Made by a program: the position numbers and the translations under genes. The notes below the pieces were generated by a model. That model was given only the letters and a program-made list of their open reading frames with translations, did not search any database and had not been told where the DNA came from. Of a stretch of DNA of 64,000 bases, positions 1 through 12,295 are shown piece after piece. This DNA comes from Octopus vulgaris (lineage: Eukaryota): the NCBI GenBank assembly GCA_951406725.2, contig OX597829.1, positions 37,634,001-37,698,000 on the forward strand, written 5' to 3'. The number at the start of each line of letters is the position of its first letter. The first letter of the stretch is position 1.

Positions 1-441
1 ATTGGAAAGAACAAATGAAAATACTCAGAGTTCAGAGCTGTAGTGAATGTATTAAAGTACCCTTTTTTTTTCTGTAGTAAAAGATAAGCATTTAAATAAA
101 TTTGGGTTTAAGGGAGTTGGGTATTAATATCTTGAGTCATACGGGTGGTTATCCATTTCTATGGAACATACGTGACTGAAATCAGAACATTACCCTGAAT
201 GAGACACCGGCCCAGCGCAGAATTACTCAATTATGGCTGAGTGAATTGGAGAAAGATGAAATGAAGTGTTTTGCTCAAGAACACAACACATCACTGATCT
301 GGCAATTGAAAGTATGATCTTGCAATCAACACTCCCAGCCACTAAGCCATATACTTTCACACTTCAGGAGTTGGAAGGAATTAATAAGAGTAACCACGGT
401 TCGGAGTTATAGTGAATGTATGTATTATTATATTAAAGTAC

Positions 442-541
442 CTTTTTCTGCAGTAATGCATCCTCATCAGTTTCCTGACATTTCTCAGACTCTTTGTAGC
501 TGTCTGAAATAACCTGGAACTGAGATCCGCACTGAGAATTT
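442..541 (-). CDS. shroom: Internal coding exon (100 nt, phase 2 to 0): (A)NSQCGSQFQVISDSYKESEKCQETDEDALLQKK, entry to the Shroom ASD2 domain
   Basis: Acceptor tttttttttactcttgcag|A; donor AAG|gtactt; phase matches the exon ending at 15382; ends in L..KK as Shroom does just before 'ELI.SI..KL'. Not the frame of listed ORF 381..617. Confidence 0.8.
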
Positions 542-926
542 CTGCAAGAGTAAAAAAAAAGAAGAAATAAGAGTTAAACAACAAGAACAACAATATCTGA
601 TAGTGGAACAAGGTCACACATATTTACTATTTTAAGAGATAACAACAGCTGATTATATCACTTCCAATATGGCCAGAGAACATGAGGTTTGTGTTGAATG
701 TGAGGATGTTGTGGTGATTAAGATATCAGTACATCATCATTTCAATGTTCGTTTGATTGCATGGGTTGGATTGAGTTTACTGAGGCAAATTTTTCTATGG
801 CTGGGTGCCTTTCAAGTTTCTCAAGTAAGGTTAATATCTTCTCCATGGCCAGACATACATCCATGGCAGACTGGAAAATAATACCACTTCTAGGACAGTG
901 GCACTTGTTTACAACTATCACATACC

Positions 927-1160
927 TATTTCTTTACTACCCACAAGGGGCTAAACATAGAGGGGACAAACAAGGACAGACAAACGGATTAAGTCGATTA
1001 CATCGACCCCAGTGCATGACTGGTACTTAATTTGTCGACCCCGAAAGGATGAAAGGCAAAGTTGACCTCGGCAGAATTTGAACTCAGAACGTAATGGCAG
1101 ATGAAATACTGCAAAGCATTTTGCCCGGCGTGCTAACATTTCCGCCAGCTTGCCACCTTA
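927..1160 (-). mobile_element. tRNA-derived SINE family B (Meta-domain-like core), full length with TSD
   Basis: Core gcctttcatcctttcggggtcga; B-box-like gagttcaaatt; TSD aactatcacatacc at 913-926 and 1162-1175. Confidence 0.85.
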
Positions 1161-1791
1161 AAACTATCACATACCATTAAAACAAAACAAAACAAAAAAC
1201 AAATACAGGCACACACATATGATAACTCTTCTACCAGTTTCTATCTATCAAATCCACTCACAAGCCTTTGCCAGCCTGGGGCTGAAGTAGAAGTCACTTG
1301 CCCAAGGGATTGAACCCAAAATCAATGTGGTTAGGAGGAAAGCTTTTTAAACCATATAGCCATTCTTGCATCTAACAGAAACATTAATACAAGATAATTA
1401 ATAGACAAAAGCGGAGAAGAAATTAGAGATGATGACAACAGTGATGTCAGATTTGATAATGATGATGATGATGATAATACTGTCAATGGAAGTGGTATTG
1501 CTCTGGGTTCAGACCCACTGCATAGCACTTTGGGCATGTGTCTTCTACTACAGCTTCAGGCCAACCAAAGCCTTGTGAGCAGATTTGGTAATATATATAT
1601 ATATACATATAATAATAAATATTAGGGAATAAATCCAAATTTACAGGGAAAAAAATCAGATTTAGGATTAAATCCAATTTTATAGTAAAATATTATATAA
1701 TATTAATTAGAGACAAAACCACTATTTTGCAAAACAAACAAGGAAAGACTTAATCAATACATAAAATTTTAATAAAAAGTAAAAAAAAACG

Positions 1792-1834
1792 CCACTACAA
1801 TTGTTTCATGTCTTGAACGACAATCTTCAGGTGG
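1792..1834 (-). ncRNA. Mirror copy of the minimal hammerhead motif, in the sense of the host pre-mRNA
   Basis: Exact reverse complement of 1906-1948. Confidence 0.7.
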
Positions 1835-1905
1835 ATTTTCGATTTTCAAATCAGTTTCAATTTATGAAGTCTTCATAAATTGAAACTGATTTGAAAATCG
1901 GAAAT

Positions 1906-1948
1906 CCACCTGAAGATTGTCGTTCAAGACATGAAACAATTGTAGTGG
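1906..1948 (+). ncRNA. Minimal type I hammerhead ribozyme motif (Penelope-type)
   Basis: ccac-CTGAAGA-t-tgtc(gttcaa)gaca-t-GAA-Acaattg-T-A-gtgg: stem I ccac/gtgg, CUGANGA box, stem II, GAAA, palindromic stem III acaattgt, UH cleavage site. The first stem II pair is U.U rather than G-C. Confidence 0.7.
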
Positions 1949-2048
1949 CGGTTTTTTTTACTTTTTATTAAAATTTTATGTATTGATTAAGTCTTTCCTT
2001 GTTTGTTTTGCAAAATAGTGGTTTTGTCTCTAATTAATATTATATATA

Positions 2049-2447
2049 TCTCTCTCTATATAAACGGCAGTTTGTCTGTGCGTGTTTCTGTGTGTCTGTT
2101 TGCTTGTACCCTCACCCTGACCACGGCTTTCAACCGATTCTGATGAAACTTGACACACACATAGCCCAATGTCATAATTCAAATTATGAAAATTTTGAAA
2201 AGTTTGAACGAAAATTTTGAAAAGTTCCCCCAGTTCTGAAAAAAATCGATAAATTCGACATGGGGTCGAGAATCAGGAACACAAACCACAAACTGTGTAG
2301 GGGACGCAACTCCACCTTTTTTAACTATCAAAAAAAATTTACCATCATTTTTTTCCATTTTTTTGCTGTTTTTTGGCTATAACTCTCTAAAAATGCTTTA
2401 TAGTTATTTCCCTTACAAACCTGAGCAACGCCGGGCGATACTGCTAG
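2049..2447 (+). mobile_element. Non-autonomous Helitron-like element
   Basis: A|TC start, TCTATATAAACGGCAG followed by (ctgt)-like repeats, subterminal cctgagcaacgccggg hairpin-like motif, CTAG|T end, no TSD. Confidence 0.75.
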
Positions 2448-2449
2448 TA

Positions 2450-2748
2450 CATATATATAAAAATTAGAAAAAACCCACCTTTTATCAATTCAAAATGAAC
2501 AATTAAATTACACCATCTAGAAAATTACATATAATAGAAATATTAAAAATAAAATAACAATAATATACCAATTATTAAGTAAATTGCAAAATAATAATAA
2601 AAATGTTTTTATTATTATTTTGCAATTTACTTATTTGATTATTATTTTAATGTTAATATTTCTATTATATGTAATTCTCTGGATGGTGTAATTTAATTGT
2701 TCATTTTGAATTGATAAAAGGTGGGTTTTTTCTAATTTTTATATATAT
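2450..2748. mobile_element. Second AT-rich fold-back element in a (TA)n array
   Basis: aaaaattagaaaaaacccaccttttatcaattcaaaatg... is inverted as ...cattttgaattgataaaaggtgggttttttctaattttt; centre near 2605. Confidence 0.8.
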
Positions 2749-4001
2749 GTATATATATATATATTACCAAATCTACTCACAAGGCTTTGGTTGGCCTGAA
2801 GCTGTAGTAGAAGACACATGCCCAAAGTGCTATGCATTGGGTCTGAACCCAAAGCCATTTAGCTGAGAAGCAAGATTCTTACCACACAGCCATGCCTGCA
2901 CCCCCACAGCCACACCTGTGTTTTTAATATAATTAAATTTTTAAAAAAAGCTGATAATGTGCTGTAGTACTTTCAGCACTTTATTCAGCATGTTGTGAAT
3001 CGCAGAAAAGGTTGTAAAACAGTTGGCTTAGAGGCTCCTTCATAACAATATACAGCACTAAAAGAACACAAGTTAAACTCATAATGGTTGGGCTAAGATG
3101 GGGATTAGACGAAGGAGTGTGGGTCTGCATCAGCAACAAATAAACCAGTATGAAGTGGACTATTTTGAATAATTAGTGCCATCACAAAACTGACCCATCA
3201 AACCTCTTCCTTTGCTCATGGCACCTACATATCATCATTGTTTAATGTCCATTTTCCATGCTGGCATGGGTTGGATGGTTTGATCAGAGCTGGCAAGCTG
3301 CACCAGGTTCTAGTCCGATTTGGCTTGGTTTCTATAGCCGGATGCCCTTCCTAACACCAACCACTTTACAGCATGTGTCGGGTGTTTTTAACGTGGCACT
3401 AGCATGAGCATTTTACGTGGCACTGCCATGAGTGCTTTCTACGTGGCACCAGCACATGACTCTTTCAGGCCAATCCTCTTCACACATTGTATCTTTCATA
3501 ATCAGTTGTTGAGTGGTCATGTGATTATCCTTGGCTATCCAGCCAATCCTCAAGCGGGATTTGATCTCAGAACACACACACACAAACCGAGATACCAGTG
3601 CAAAGTACCTTGTCTGAAGCTTCTTGCCTTTCAATGTCTTTCAGACAGATGTATAGCCACTAGCTCTTAACAAGTTACATATCTTGTATTTAGCATGCTT
3701 CAAGTTTTCTAAGACAAATGCCATGAGTTCTTGTATCAGAGAATACAACGAGAAGATGAAATCTTTTGTTGAAGAAGGGAAACTGTGAAGCAAAGTGTTT
3801 ATTCGTGGTTTATATCATTAAGTGATTCACTCTATTATTTTATGACTAAATGTCAAGTTAGTCAATAGATTAGTATCAGAAATATGATAATCTATTGAAA
3901 GATTTGTAACTTGTAAAAGCTGCTATGGATATTAATTATTCAATCTAACTGAAGCACCATCATCGCCATTTATTAATGCTTGGGCTGGATGATCCATGCA
4001 T

Positions 4002-4231
4002 TTAACCCTTCTGTTACTGTATTTCTGTTGAGATGATCTGTGTTTCCTTCAATTAATTTTAAATACAACAAAGAATTTAGTAAAATAACTTAGTTATCAT
4101 TAAGCTAGTGTTGGGAACATCAATTGTGACTTAGGTTTGGAGGAAGATTTTAATTCAAAACTTATGAAAACAAGACATTTGTACTACAGAGCCAGAGGCG
4201 GTTTCAGCTGGGTTGGTATCAAAAGGGTTAA
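4002..4231. mobile_element. piggyBac-like MITE
   Basis: TTAA-CCCTT...AAGGG-TTAA termini; related copies near 31150, 33853, 37262 and 55145. Confidence 0.7.
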
Positions 4232-5185
4232 ATTTTGAAGAATGTGTAACTAGCAATATCTGCTGTGGCTGAACAATTGGCTAAACCGCTTACATTTGGC
4301 CAAAGTTTTGTGTAACTTGTTGAAGGATGTGTAATTTGTAACAGCTGCTGAAGCTGCAGTGTCTGTGGTTGTAAAGCTATTGTACTCAACACAAAAATAG
4401 TGTCTTGCTTACAAATGCATAATTCTTGAGTGATTCCATTGTAATATGGAGGCATGTGAAGTTAGCCAACAGAGAAGTATTAATAGCAAATTTATTGTTT
4501 CTATTATAATGACATAATTAGTTTATGCACAGAATGCTCATTATTTGGTCAGTTCATTTCTGGTGAACAATCACGAGTTCCATCACACAATTAGATATAA
4601 GGAATCTGCCAGGTTGATCTAGAACATGGCACTAACAGCAAGCAATTTTCAAAGGAATGTAGAAGCTTGTTGTTTGCTGGACTAGCAGCAAACATTTTTC
4701 AACAGAATGTACATACCATATCATGGTACCAAGAGCAAACAATTCTCAAAGGAATGTAGTAGCTTGGTGATGCTACAATATTAACTAACTCCCTCCCTCC
4801 CACACACACACATTTACACATTTAACATGTCTTGTTTGTCAATCTGTCATTTAATCAGGTCATATCAAGAAGAAATTTGTGGAGGACTTGTTTATTCTTA
4901 TAATTCAAATATGTACACAAGTCTTAGATGTAATTAATGAAATCTGGAACAATAAATTAAACTGAAATATAGATACAAGTAATGCTGTATGGATAAGAAG
5001 TTTACTTGACAACCAATCAGCTTGGGTCTTGTCTTATGGTAAGGCATTTTCAGCAAGTGTCCTCCATTATACCTGTTCTCTCACAAGACCCACCAATGCC
5101 TCATGAGTGATAAATTGGTAGATGGAAACTGCACAGCAGCTTGTAGACAGTGTTTGAAAGAAAAAAAAAAAGAGAGAGAAAAGGT

Positions 5186-5600
5186 GGATATTTTCGGTTT
5201 GAACGGCAGTTTTTAACATAATTTCTAGGTAACTAAAAAATTTTAAACTTCGTATACTGGTAGAATGTGTTTATAAAACATCTTTTTCTCTTGGCTTTAT
5301 TGAGAAAAGATATTTGTTGTTTTTTTCCTTCAATTTCTGAAATTTCAACCAATTAATTACGTCCATTGAGGTAAAAAAACATTCTGTGCTGTATGAATAT
5401 GTCCCTCGTTTAAGAAACAGATTGGGTTTATTTACATTTGTGAAGAAAAAAAGATACCCTTTCCCCCACCCTTAACCTTAACTAACCCTAACCCTAAAGC
5501 AGATTGAAATGCAATAGATTGATACTAGGGTAATAATTATGGGTGACAATTTCATATGACACCGCTAGAAAAAACTGCAGTTCAAACTGAAAAGGTGTCC
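5186..5600. mobile_element. MITE-like element containing telomere-type (CCCTAA) repeats
   Basis: Imperfect inverted ends ttttcggtttgaacggcagttttt / aaaaactgcagttcaaactgaaaa; ccttaaccttaactaaccctaaccctaa at ~5470-5497. Confidence 0.6.
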
Positions 5601-6534
5601 TGTAATTTAGCATTATGACAAATAGAGTTCACTAAAATAGGTAACAGACATAAAAAGTAAGTATTGGGTGGGCGGGGTGGGGGGCAGATGATCAACCATG
5701 AAAAAAAAAAAACTTTTCAAGGCAGGACCGCAACATGGCCACAACTAATGACTGCAATACATACACTATAAAGTTTAGTTATATATATATATATTTTTTT
5801 TTATCCTTCTCCCAACAATTGAATACCTCATCTGAATTCTGTGTAGACAGAAAAAAAGACAAAAAAGACAAAAAAAAATTGAATTGTCTGATATTAACAA
5901 CCAATTCATTTTTTTTTTCTGTTAAACAACTCAAAATCATTGACTTTTTTTTATATTTAGCTCATTAGTTTTGGCATAATGAATGCAAAATCAGCCTGCT
6001 TTCTCCATTTGCATTGTATATTAATTAAACTAGACTACTTGCGAAATTTTGCTCACAAGCCTGGTTTACAGCTTTTAAACAGCAGCTCTCCTGTATATGC
6101 TGTAGAACAACAGGGTAATATCACAATCAAAACAGACACCATTTTACTACATGCATATTACATATGCTTTGCCAAAATTATTCCGCCCCCTCTCTACCAA
6201 TGCTTTCAAGAATAATCTCAGTTTTGTTTGAAACATTCCTATGGCAGCAGTTAGTCTACTTCTTCTTTTTCAAGGTAAAGGTGGCAGAGATGGTGGAAGA
6301 GGAGATCAAGAGGAGATAAACACCAAAAAGACTTGTTAAGTATATTGAGGAATGTTTCAAGTCTTGAGTATCGTTATTATTTATATCTGAAACCAGGATA
6401 TAAGGAAATGACATCAGATTGATGTTTCTAATCTGAGAATCATGGTTCCAGACATGAAAGTACCATTATATGCCTGGAACCATTGATGATGTTAGATGGA
6501 TTGATTACTCATTAGCTGGTAAACATACTGTATA

Positions 6535-6738
6535 TTAACTCTTTAGCATTTAAACTGGCCATATCTGGCCTCTCACACCTACCCTATGTTAATCTAATGT
6601 TTAATCTATGATAATCTAAAAATAAACAATCACATCATCAAAATCTCAAGGCTTATGAGATAACACATGATAAATTTTTAAAATTTGTAGATAAATAAGC
6701 ATTACATTTGATAAATTAACTGAATGTTAAAGGGTTAA
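6535..6738. mobile_element. piggyBac-like MITE, second family
   Basis: TTAA-ctctttagcatt...aatgttaaaggg-TTAA; related copies near 7070, 42490, 43875 and 46580. Confidence 0.7.
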
Positions 6739-7954
6739 GGCAATATATTATGGACCCAATACTACTCCCCCTACACTATCTCATTTGAGGGGGTGCTTAT
6801 CAGGTTAGTTAATTGGTGATCTCACCAGTGCTGGTGCCACATAAAAAGCATCCAGTACATCTGTAAAGTGGTTGGCATTAACAAGGGATTGTAGTTGAAG
6901 AAACCCTGCCAAAGCAGACACTGGAGCTTAACACAACCCTCTGGTTGCCAACTTCAGTTGAACCATCCAACCTATGGACATTAAATGGTGATGATGATAA
7001 TTCAAGTCATATTAACAGTACAGTAGCAGATTTAAGATTAAAATAATGAGACATTTTTAGTATGATCATTATTTGAGCATCCAAACCAGCCAGCCAGCCA
7101 AAATATTCTACCAATTTTATATTCAAAATGGCCAGCCTCTTACACTTACGCTGCAATATCATTCTAAAAATAAACATGCCATTGAAATCTTGAAGCTATG
7201 AGACAGTGTATGATTAATTCAAAACAATATGAAAAATAAGCATTATGTTTGATATAGAGTAGACTGAATGCTAAAAGGTTAAATATATTTCTACCACTCA
7301 GTTAGTGGTAGTGGGGGAAGAGGAGATAATACCCCGTAACCATATTTTGTCAAAGGCTCTGAGACTGGTGGGAAGAATCTGTCTGCAAACTGGAGACCTG
7401 GCCCAAATGACTGCAACAGAGTTACCCCCTATTAAAGTCACCCCAATGTATCAGGTGATGGATTAATTCTACCATCAAAGAACCGAGAACGTAGAGCTGG
7501 AACAAATACTACAATGTATCTTGCTGGTGCTCTGGCGATTCCACCAGTCTCTGAAAGGAAGAAAAATCTTATTTATTCTACAATCTTTACAGGTGTTGAC
7601 TACTTCTCTATTCTCAATCTCTTGCTACCCCATACACACTTTGCAACCACCAATCCACACAAGTTCCTTTGTTTCCACTCACTTGTACTTAGCTTGTAAC
7701 TTGGGAAACCACTTGGACACATCATCATCATTATTTATTTCAGTGTTTCTCGACCATTTTTCACCTTTGGACCCTTATGATACCTATTTTATTCTACTGG
7801 ACCATAATAAACATTTGATGTTTTAAAAAATCCTATTGCATTTTATAATTAAACATTAACAGGAATTGTATTTTTAAAATCTATTAAAATATTCAGTGTA
7901 TTGTAGAAGTATAACTGATTTTCTGCACATGAATTTTAAAATACTTGTACTTGT

Positions 7955-8350
7955 GGCGACATTCACTCAGGGTGGGTTGAGTCGGCTTCTTCTACTCATG
8001 GAAGAAATTTCGTGGGAACATGTGGATTTCACAAGTGGTCCCCAACAATCCAGCATGTGGAGACATCCTGTTTGCCACAGATTGTCCGCAGACGCAGGGA
8101 CAGAACGACCGAGGAGCCACCGGTTGCTGAAGCAGACACTCCGAGGATTTTCACCAGAGCCCCGTCTGCCGGGTTGTGGTCCTAATACCACTCGGTGTCA
8201 GACCAATCCGCTTTGGGTAGCCCTACCAGGAACCGAAGTTCCCAACGGCATAGCTCTGACACTACCCGTTGCCAGCGTCTCCACCACGGTGAGGAGGGAA
8301 TGGACTTTGGGGACAAATTTTAAAACGACGAACTCTTATAATGGTTGAGG
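7955..8350 (-). mobile_element. GC-rich RTE-type LINE 5' UTR-like fragment
   Basis: GAGCTATGCCG...GTAGGGCTACCCAAAGCGG resembles, from memory, the RTE/BovB 5' UTR motif gagccatgccgtgtagggccacccaagacgg; CpG-rich against an AT-rich background. Confidence 0.55.
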
Positions 8351-9439
8351 TCCATATAAGATTTATCTCACTGAAGTTACTGCTGATTCATTCTCACTTT
8401 CTTGTTAATGCGAGTAGTGATGTAGCTCCTCTGCAACAAGAACCTGCCCCTCTACCACTTCAACCCATCATCTAGCAAAAAGCCTCTCATCACCTCAGGT
8501 CTTGTAGTCTTGAGTTGTACGGCAACTTCAAGTATGAAAGGCACAGAAAATGCACTTAGCATATGCTATAAAGTGGTTGGCATGAGGAAAGGCATCCATC
8601 CACAGAAACGCAATGCATGCAGTCCTTGGACCCATTGGATCCTGTCAAACCATTCAACCCATGGCACATGGTTGTCATCGTCATCATTATCATTATCATC
8701 ATCATCATCATCATCATCAGACTTATACTACTGCATAATTTCCCCCCATATAAAATCAATATTCACTACAAAAGATCTGTATTCATTCTTAGTCTTTGCT
8801 GAAATACTAATTCCACTAAGATTTTCTTGTTTGAATGGAACTATTATATAAAGATGACCATGAGAAAGCATTCATTGTTCTACAGTTAGATGCTGACCTT
8901 TGAAAATGCTTAGACTTGAGCTTTGTGAATCGGAACAATAAAGAATAGTTTGACAGGAAAGCGATGCTTTTAGCATTTGAAGTAACAATGCATGATCACT
9001 TGGTGGCAAATGAAATCTTGGGATAAATAAACCTGTCCCTTCACAGAAGCAATACTAGGAGAGAGGTGGGGGGAATAAGCTAAAGGTAGAACCGACGCTA
9101 GGATCTTTTCCGCTTTTGATAGATGGATACACACACACACACGCATATATACAATATTAAAAATTAATTGTGTATGTGTGAATATATATATATATATCTT
9201 ATGTGTTTCTTTAACTTATACTTATTATTTTCATTCTTTTTCTTCTTCTTCATACTTCCTATCACTCATTTCCTGCCTTTCTCTTTCCTTTATTCTCCTA
9301 AATTGTCTTTTTCCTTCACTTCATACAAAATTGATAAACATCAATACCAAAATAACCAGTCTGTCTGTCTGTCTCTTTTGAGACAATTGATGATATCATC
9401 TATGGTTACTTAGTCAATACCAAGTTAATTTATATGCTC

Positions 9440-10810
9440 TTCCCACCGAGGCTGAAGAAATGATATTAATATGTATAAACAATGATGCATGACAATGACC
9501 TTGCCACAAGAACCTGGGACATAACTGTCTTATAATGACAGTGATATCAAGGTAAACCAGTTAGACATAACAAATGATTGGAAGGAAAATTCCATATATC
9601 CCAATAGCCATCTGGACATTGCCTGACCAAAATATTACTCTTTAGGAGAACTGTCAAAGTTCAAAGTTCTTGAAAATAAAAAAAAAACAATACCAACCAA
9701 TGCTACACTAAATATAGTTTTAAAAAAAATATATGAAGAGAAACAATCAAATGATACCAGGGCTTAGAGACATAGCAAGGAGGGAGGAGGACAGTTAACC
9801 CTCAAGATGCAGGAATGAAAGGAAGCAAAATTTTCTGAAAGTCCCTTACTACACAATTGAACAAGTATTGTAACAATACACACAATCCGAAAGACAGCCA
9901 GCATTTAAGCAAGATGCTTTCATTTCAATAGTTCATGTTATACAATACACTCCCTGCACAGCATACATATAATCGTATGAGAGGATGCTGAAAAGTTCCT
10001 GGCTTAAAGGGTATTGCAAAAGGCCTGGTTGGAGATCCAACCTTCTGAGTTCTTTTTAAAGGGCTTAGAAAAACTGAAGGACCGCTGCAATAAGTGTGTG
10101 AATCTGAGACGGGAATATGTTGAATAAAATCATAATTAACTGAGCCTCCTGTATTTTCTTTCACCCAAAGCACCCCTAGTAATTATACAGAATCAACAAC
10201 TCATGAAATAGCACAAAACACACTCCACAGATCAGACAGATAGAACAGTAAAGTGACAAAGCAAAAATGTGGTGGCATACAAACAGTTTCAAACATCTAA
10301 AAGACAATGCTATGCACACCAGAGAAACACAGAAGTGCTCCTGGTGGTGTCATAGGAACTTTCATGAAATTGTTGAAAACGTCACAATAATGATGCTGGT
10401 GATGATGGATGCTAATTGATTGGATATTGCTGTCGGGGGCAACCAGTAAAATAAATGCCTCCTGAAAGGAAGTATTAGTCCCACCACCTACTCCACAAAA
10501 GAAGGGGAAAAAATGGAAAAATTAGCAAATACAAAGATCTGAAAACAGAAATTAACAACAATGTGGAAATTGAAAAAGAAGCACAATCCCCATAATGCTA
10601 GATATTTTCATAATGAGTATAGATGGGAAAAAGGTGCAGGAGAATAGAAAACCAAAAATTGAGGACTCGTACATGGTCAGTATCCCACAAGATTCAATGG
10701 AGAAAGTCAGACTGAAAGGGGCCAACAATGGCTCAAAAGCTCTTTGATAAAAGCAGAAAAGAGTCTGAATTCAACAGCACAAGATCAATGCTTAGCTACA
10801 AATAACTAAA
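9440..10810 (+). pseudogene. Highly decayed R4/Dong-type (RLE) LINE ORF fragments
   Basis: Frameshifted remnants of WD..V..D..IK.N..DI (~9515-9570), KE.EK.SKYKDLKTEI..MW.L (~10497-10575) and HGQYP...QWLKSS.IKAE...TAQDQCLATNN (~10670-10810). Confidence 0.55.
9977..10180 (+). mobile_element. Mariner-derived MITE (internal deletion)
   Basis: Left TIR-like gaggatgctgaaaagttcctggct; retains transposase C-terminus GLEKLKDRCNKCVNLRREYVE*; right TIR partly deleted. Confidence 0.7.
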
Positions 10811-12295
10811 GAACTGATGAGTTTTGGATCATGTACATTTCTCTCACTATAACCCTTTTAGTAAGTAATTTTTACAAGGAAAAGTATATTAGGGACTTTG
10901 AAGTTTTGGCTGACTAGCTCTTGTCAGACTCTGTGATGATGGCTGGTAAGATGAAACCTCAAAATCACCTTTTCTTTGCAAAAATTAAATATTACACTAC
11001 TAAAAATATTGAGTAATCCATCAATTCAATGCTAAATTATTTATATATATATATATATATATATCAACTTCACATAAAAACAAATATTAGCCGTTTTATC
11101 AACTGTTTCTTCTTTAAACCAACTTTTGATTTTAGTATTTTGAAGAGATTAGAAAACAAAAAGAATAAAAAAAGATTTGTTTTCTCCAAAAACGTTTTTG
11201 AGAAAAAATATCTGAGCCAAACAACTGACGTAATAATGTGTGTTCAGTAATGTAAGTAATAGAATACAATTCCTATTTCAACAAGAAGTTTTTTTGTTTT
11301 TGTTCTGAGAATTTTCCAAACCAAAATACCTCAGCCAAGTAATGAAAGTAATGTGTTTTCAATAATGAAAGCATTAAATAATGTAACTGTTTCATTTTGC
11401 ACGAAGATAGTAATAAGATTACATAAGTCTGGAACATGTTGATTACAAACAAATATGCAAAAGATATTTTTCTCAAAGAAATTTCTTTTAACGTGTTTAT
11501 AATTAGTGAGAGTAGACTGAAAATATACATCAGTGATATAATTAAACAACAGGTTATAATTAGTGATAGATTTATCACATCATAGTGCAAACTCCTTATA
11601 CAATTCCTTGTCTGCACTGACCACTTCAAGACATCAAGTGATTCTGATTAAAACTTAAATAGATCTCTTTATACACACCCAGAAAACTTATGGGGGATTA
11701 ATCAAGTGGCAGGATCCACCACATGGTAAGAATGGTTTGAATTGATATAATCAAAGTTAGTCAGATAATTATAGTTTGGTCAATAATAAAGACGACTGAT
11801 CTAGGTAAAATGTCATCAATAATTGTAGTTTTCTAAGTCACTGCAGTGCTGTTGGTTATGCATTAAAGAAATAATTTTTTTGCCTACATTATCAATCCGA
11901 AACAATTTAGCAAGCAACATGATTTTTGTATTTACATTAAACTTTCATAAATTTGGTCCTTGTGGTTGGGATGACCACTTATTCTCTCCATCATAGTATT
12001 TTCTAGAACAAGTTTCATGGCGGTATGCAAATCGCTGAATTGCAGTTTCAATATCAATGCCATTTTAGAGATATAAAACAGGTTACTGGCACCTCACACA
12101 CAATGTCAAAGACTTTTCTGAAACACCACAGGAATTGCTAAATTTGAATTTTCTAGAAATGTGTGGTTTTACACAGAAAACATTGTTTTGCATTTTGAAC
12201 ATCTCTGGGTAGCCTCATCAAGACATATCTGCAACTGTTGCAATGGTACATGGTAACTACACTCGCACAGCTTGCCGTTGGCAATAACATGTTTC

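Larger units (their letters stand above)
1620..2045. mobile_element. Fold-back element, probably a Penelope-like retroelement pseudo-LTR remnant, in a (TA)n array
   Basis: ~170-bp near-perfect inverted arms around a 1-nt spacer at 1870, an unpaired tail at ~1620-1695, and a hammerhead motif in each arm. Confidence 0.75.

Noticed and set aside
381-617. 78-aa ORF
   Set aside because: Overlaps the real exon in the wrong frame; splice phases support the NSQCGSQF frame.
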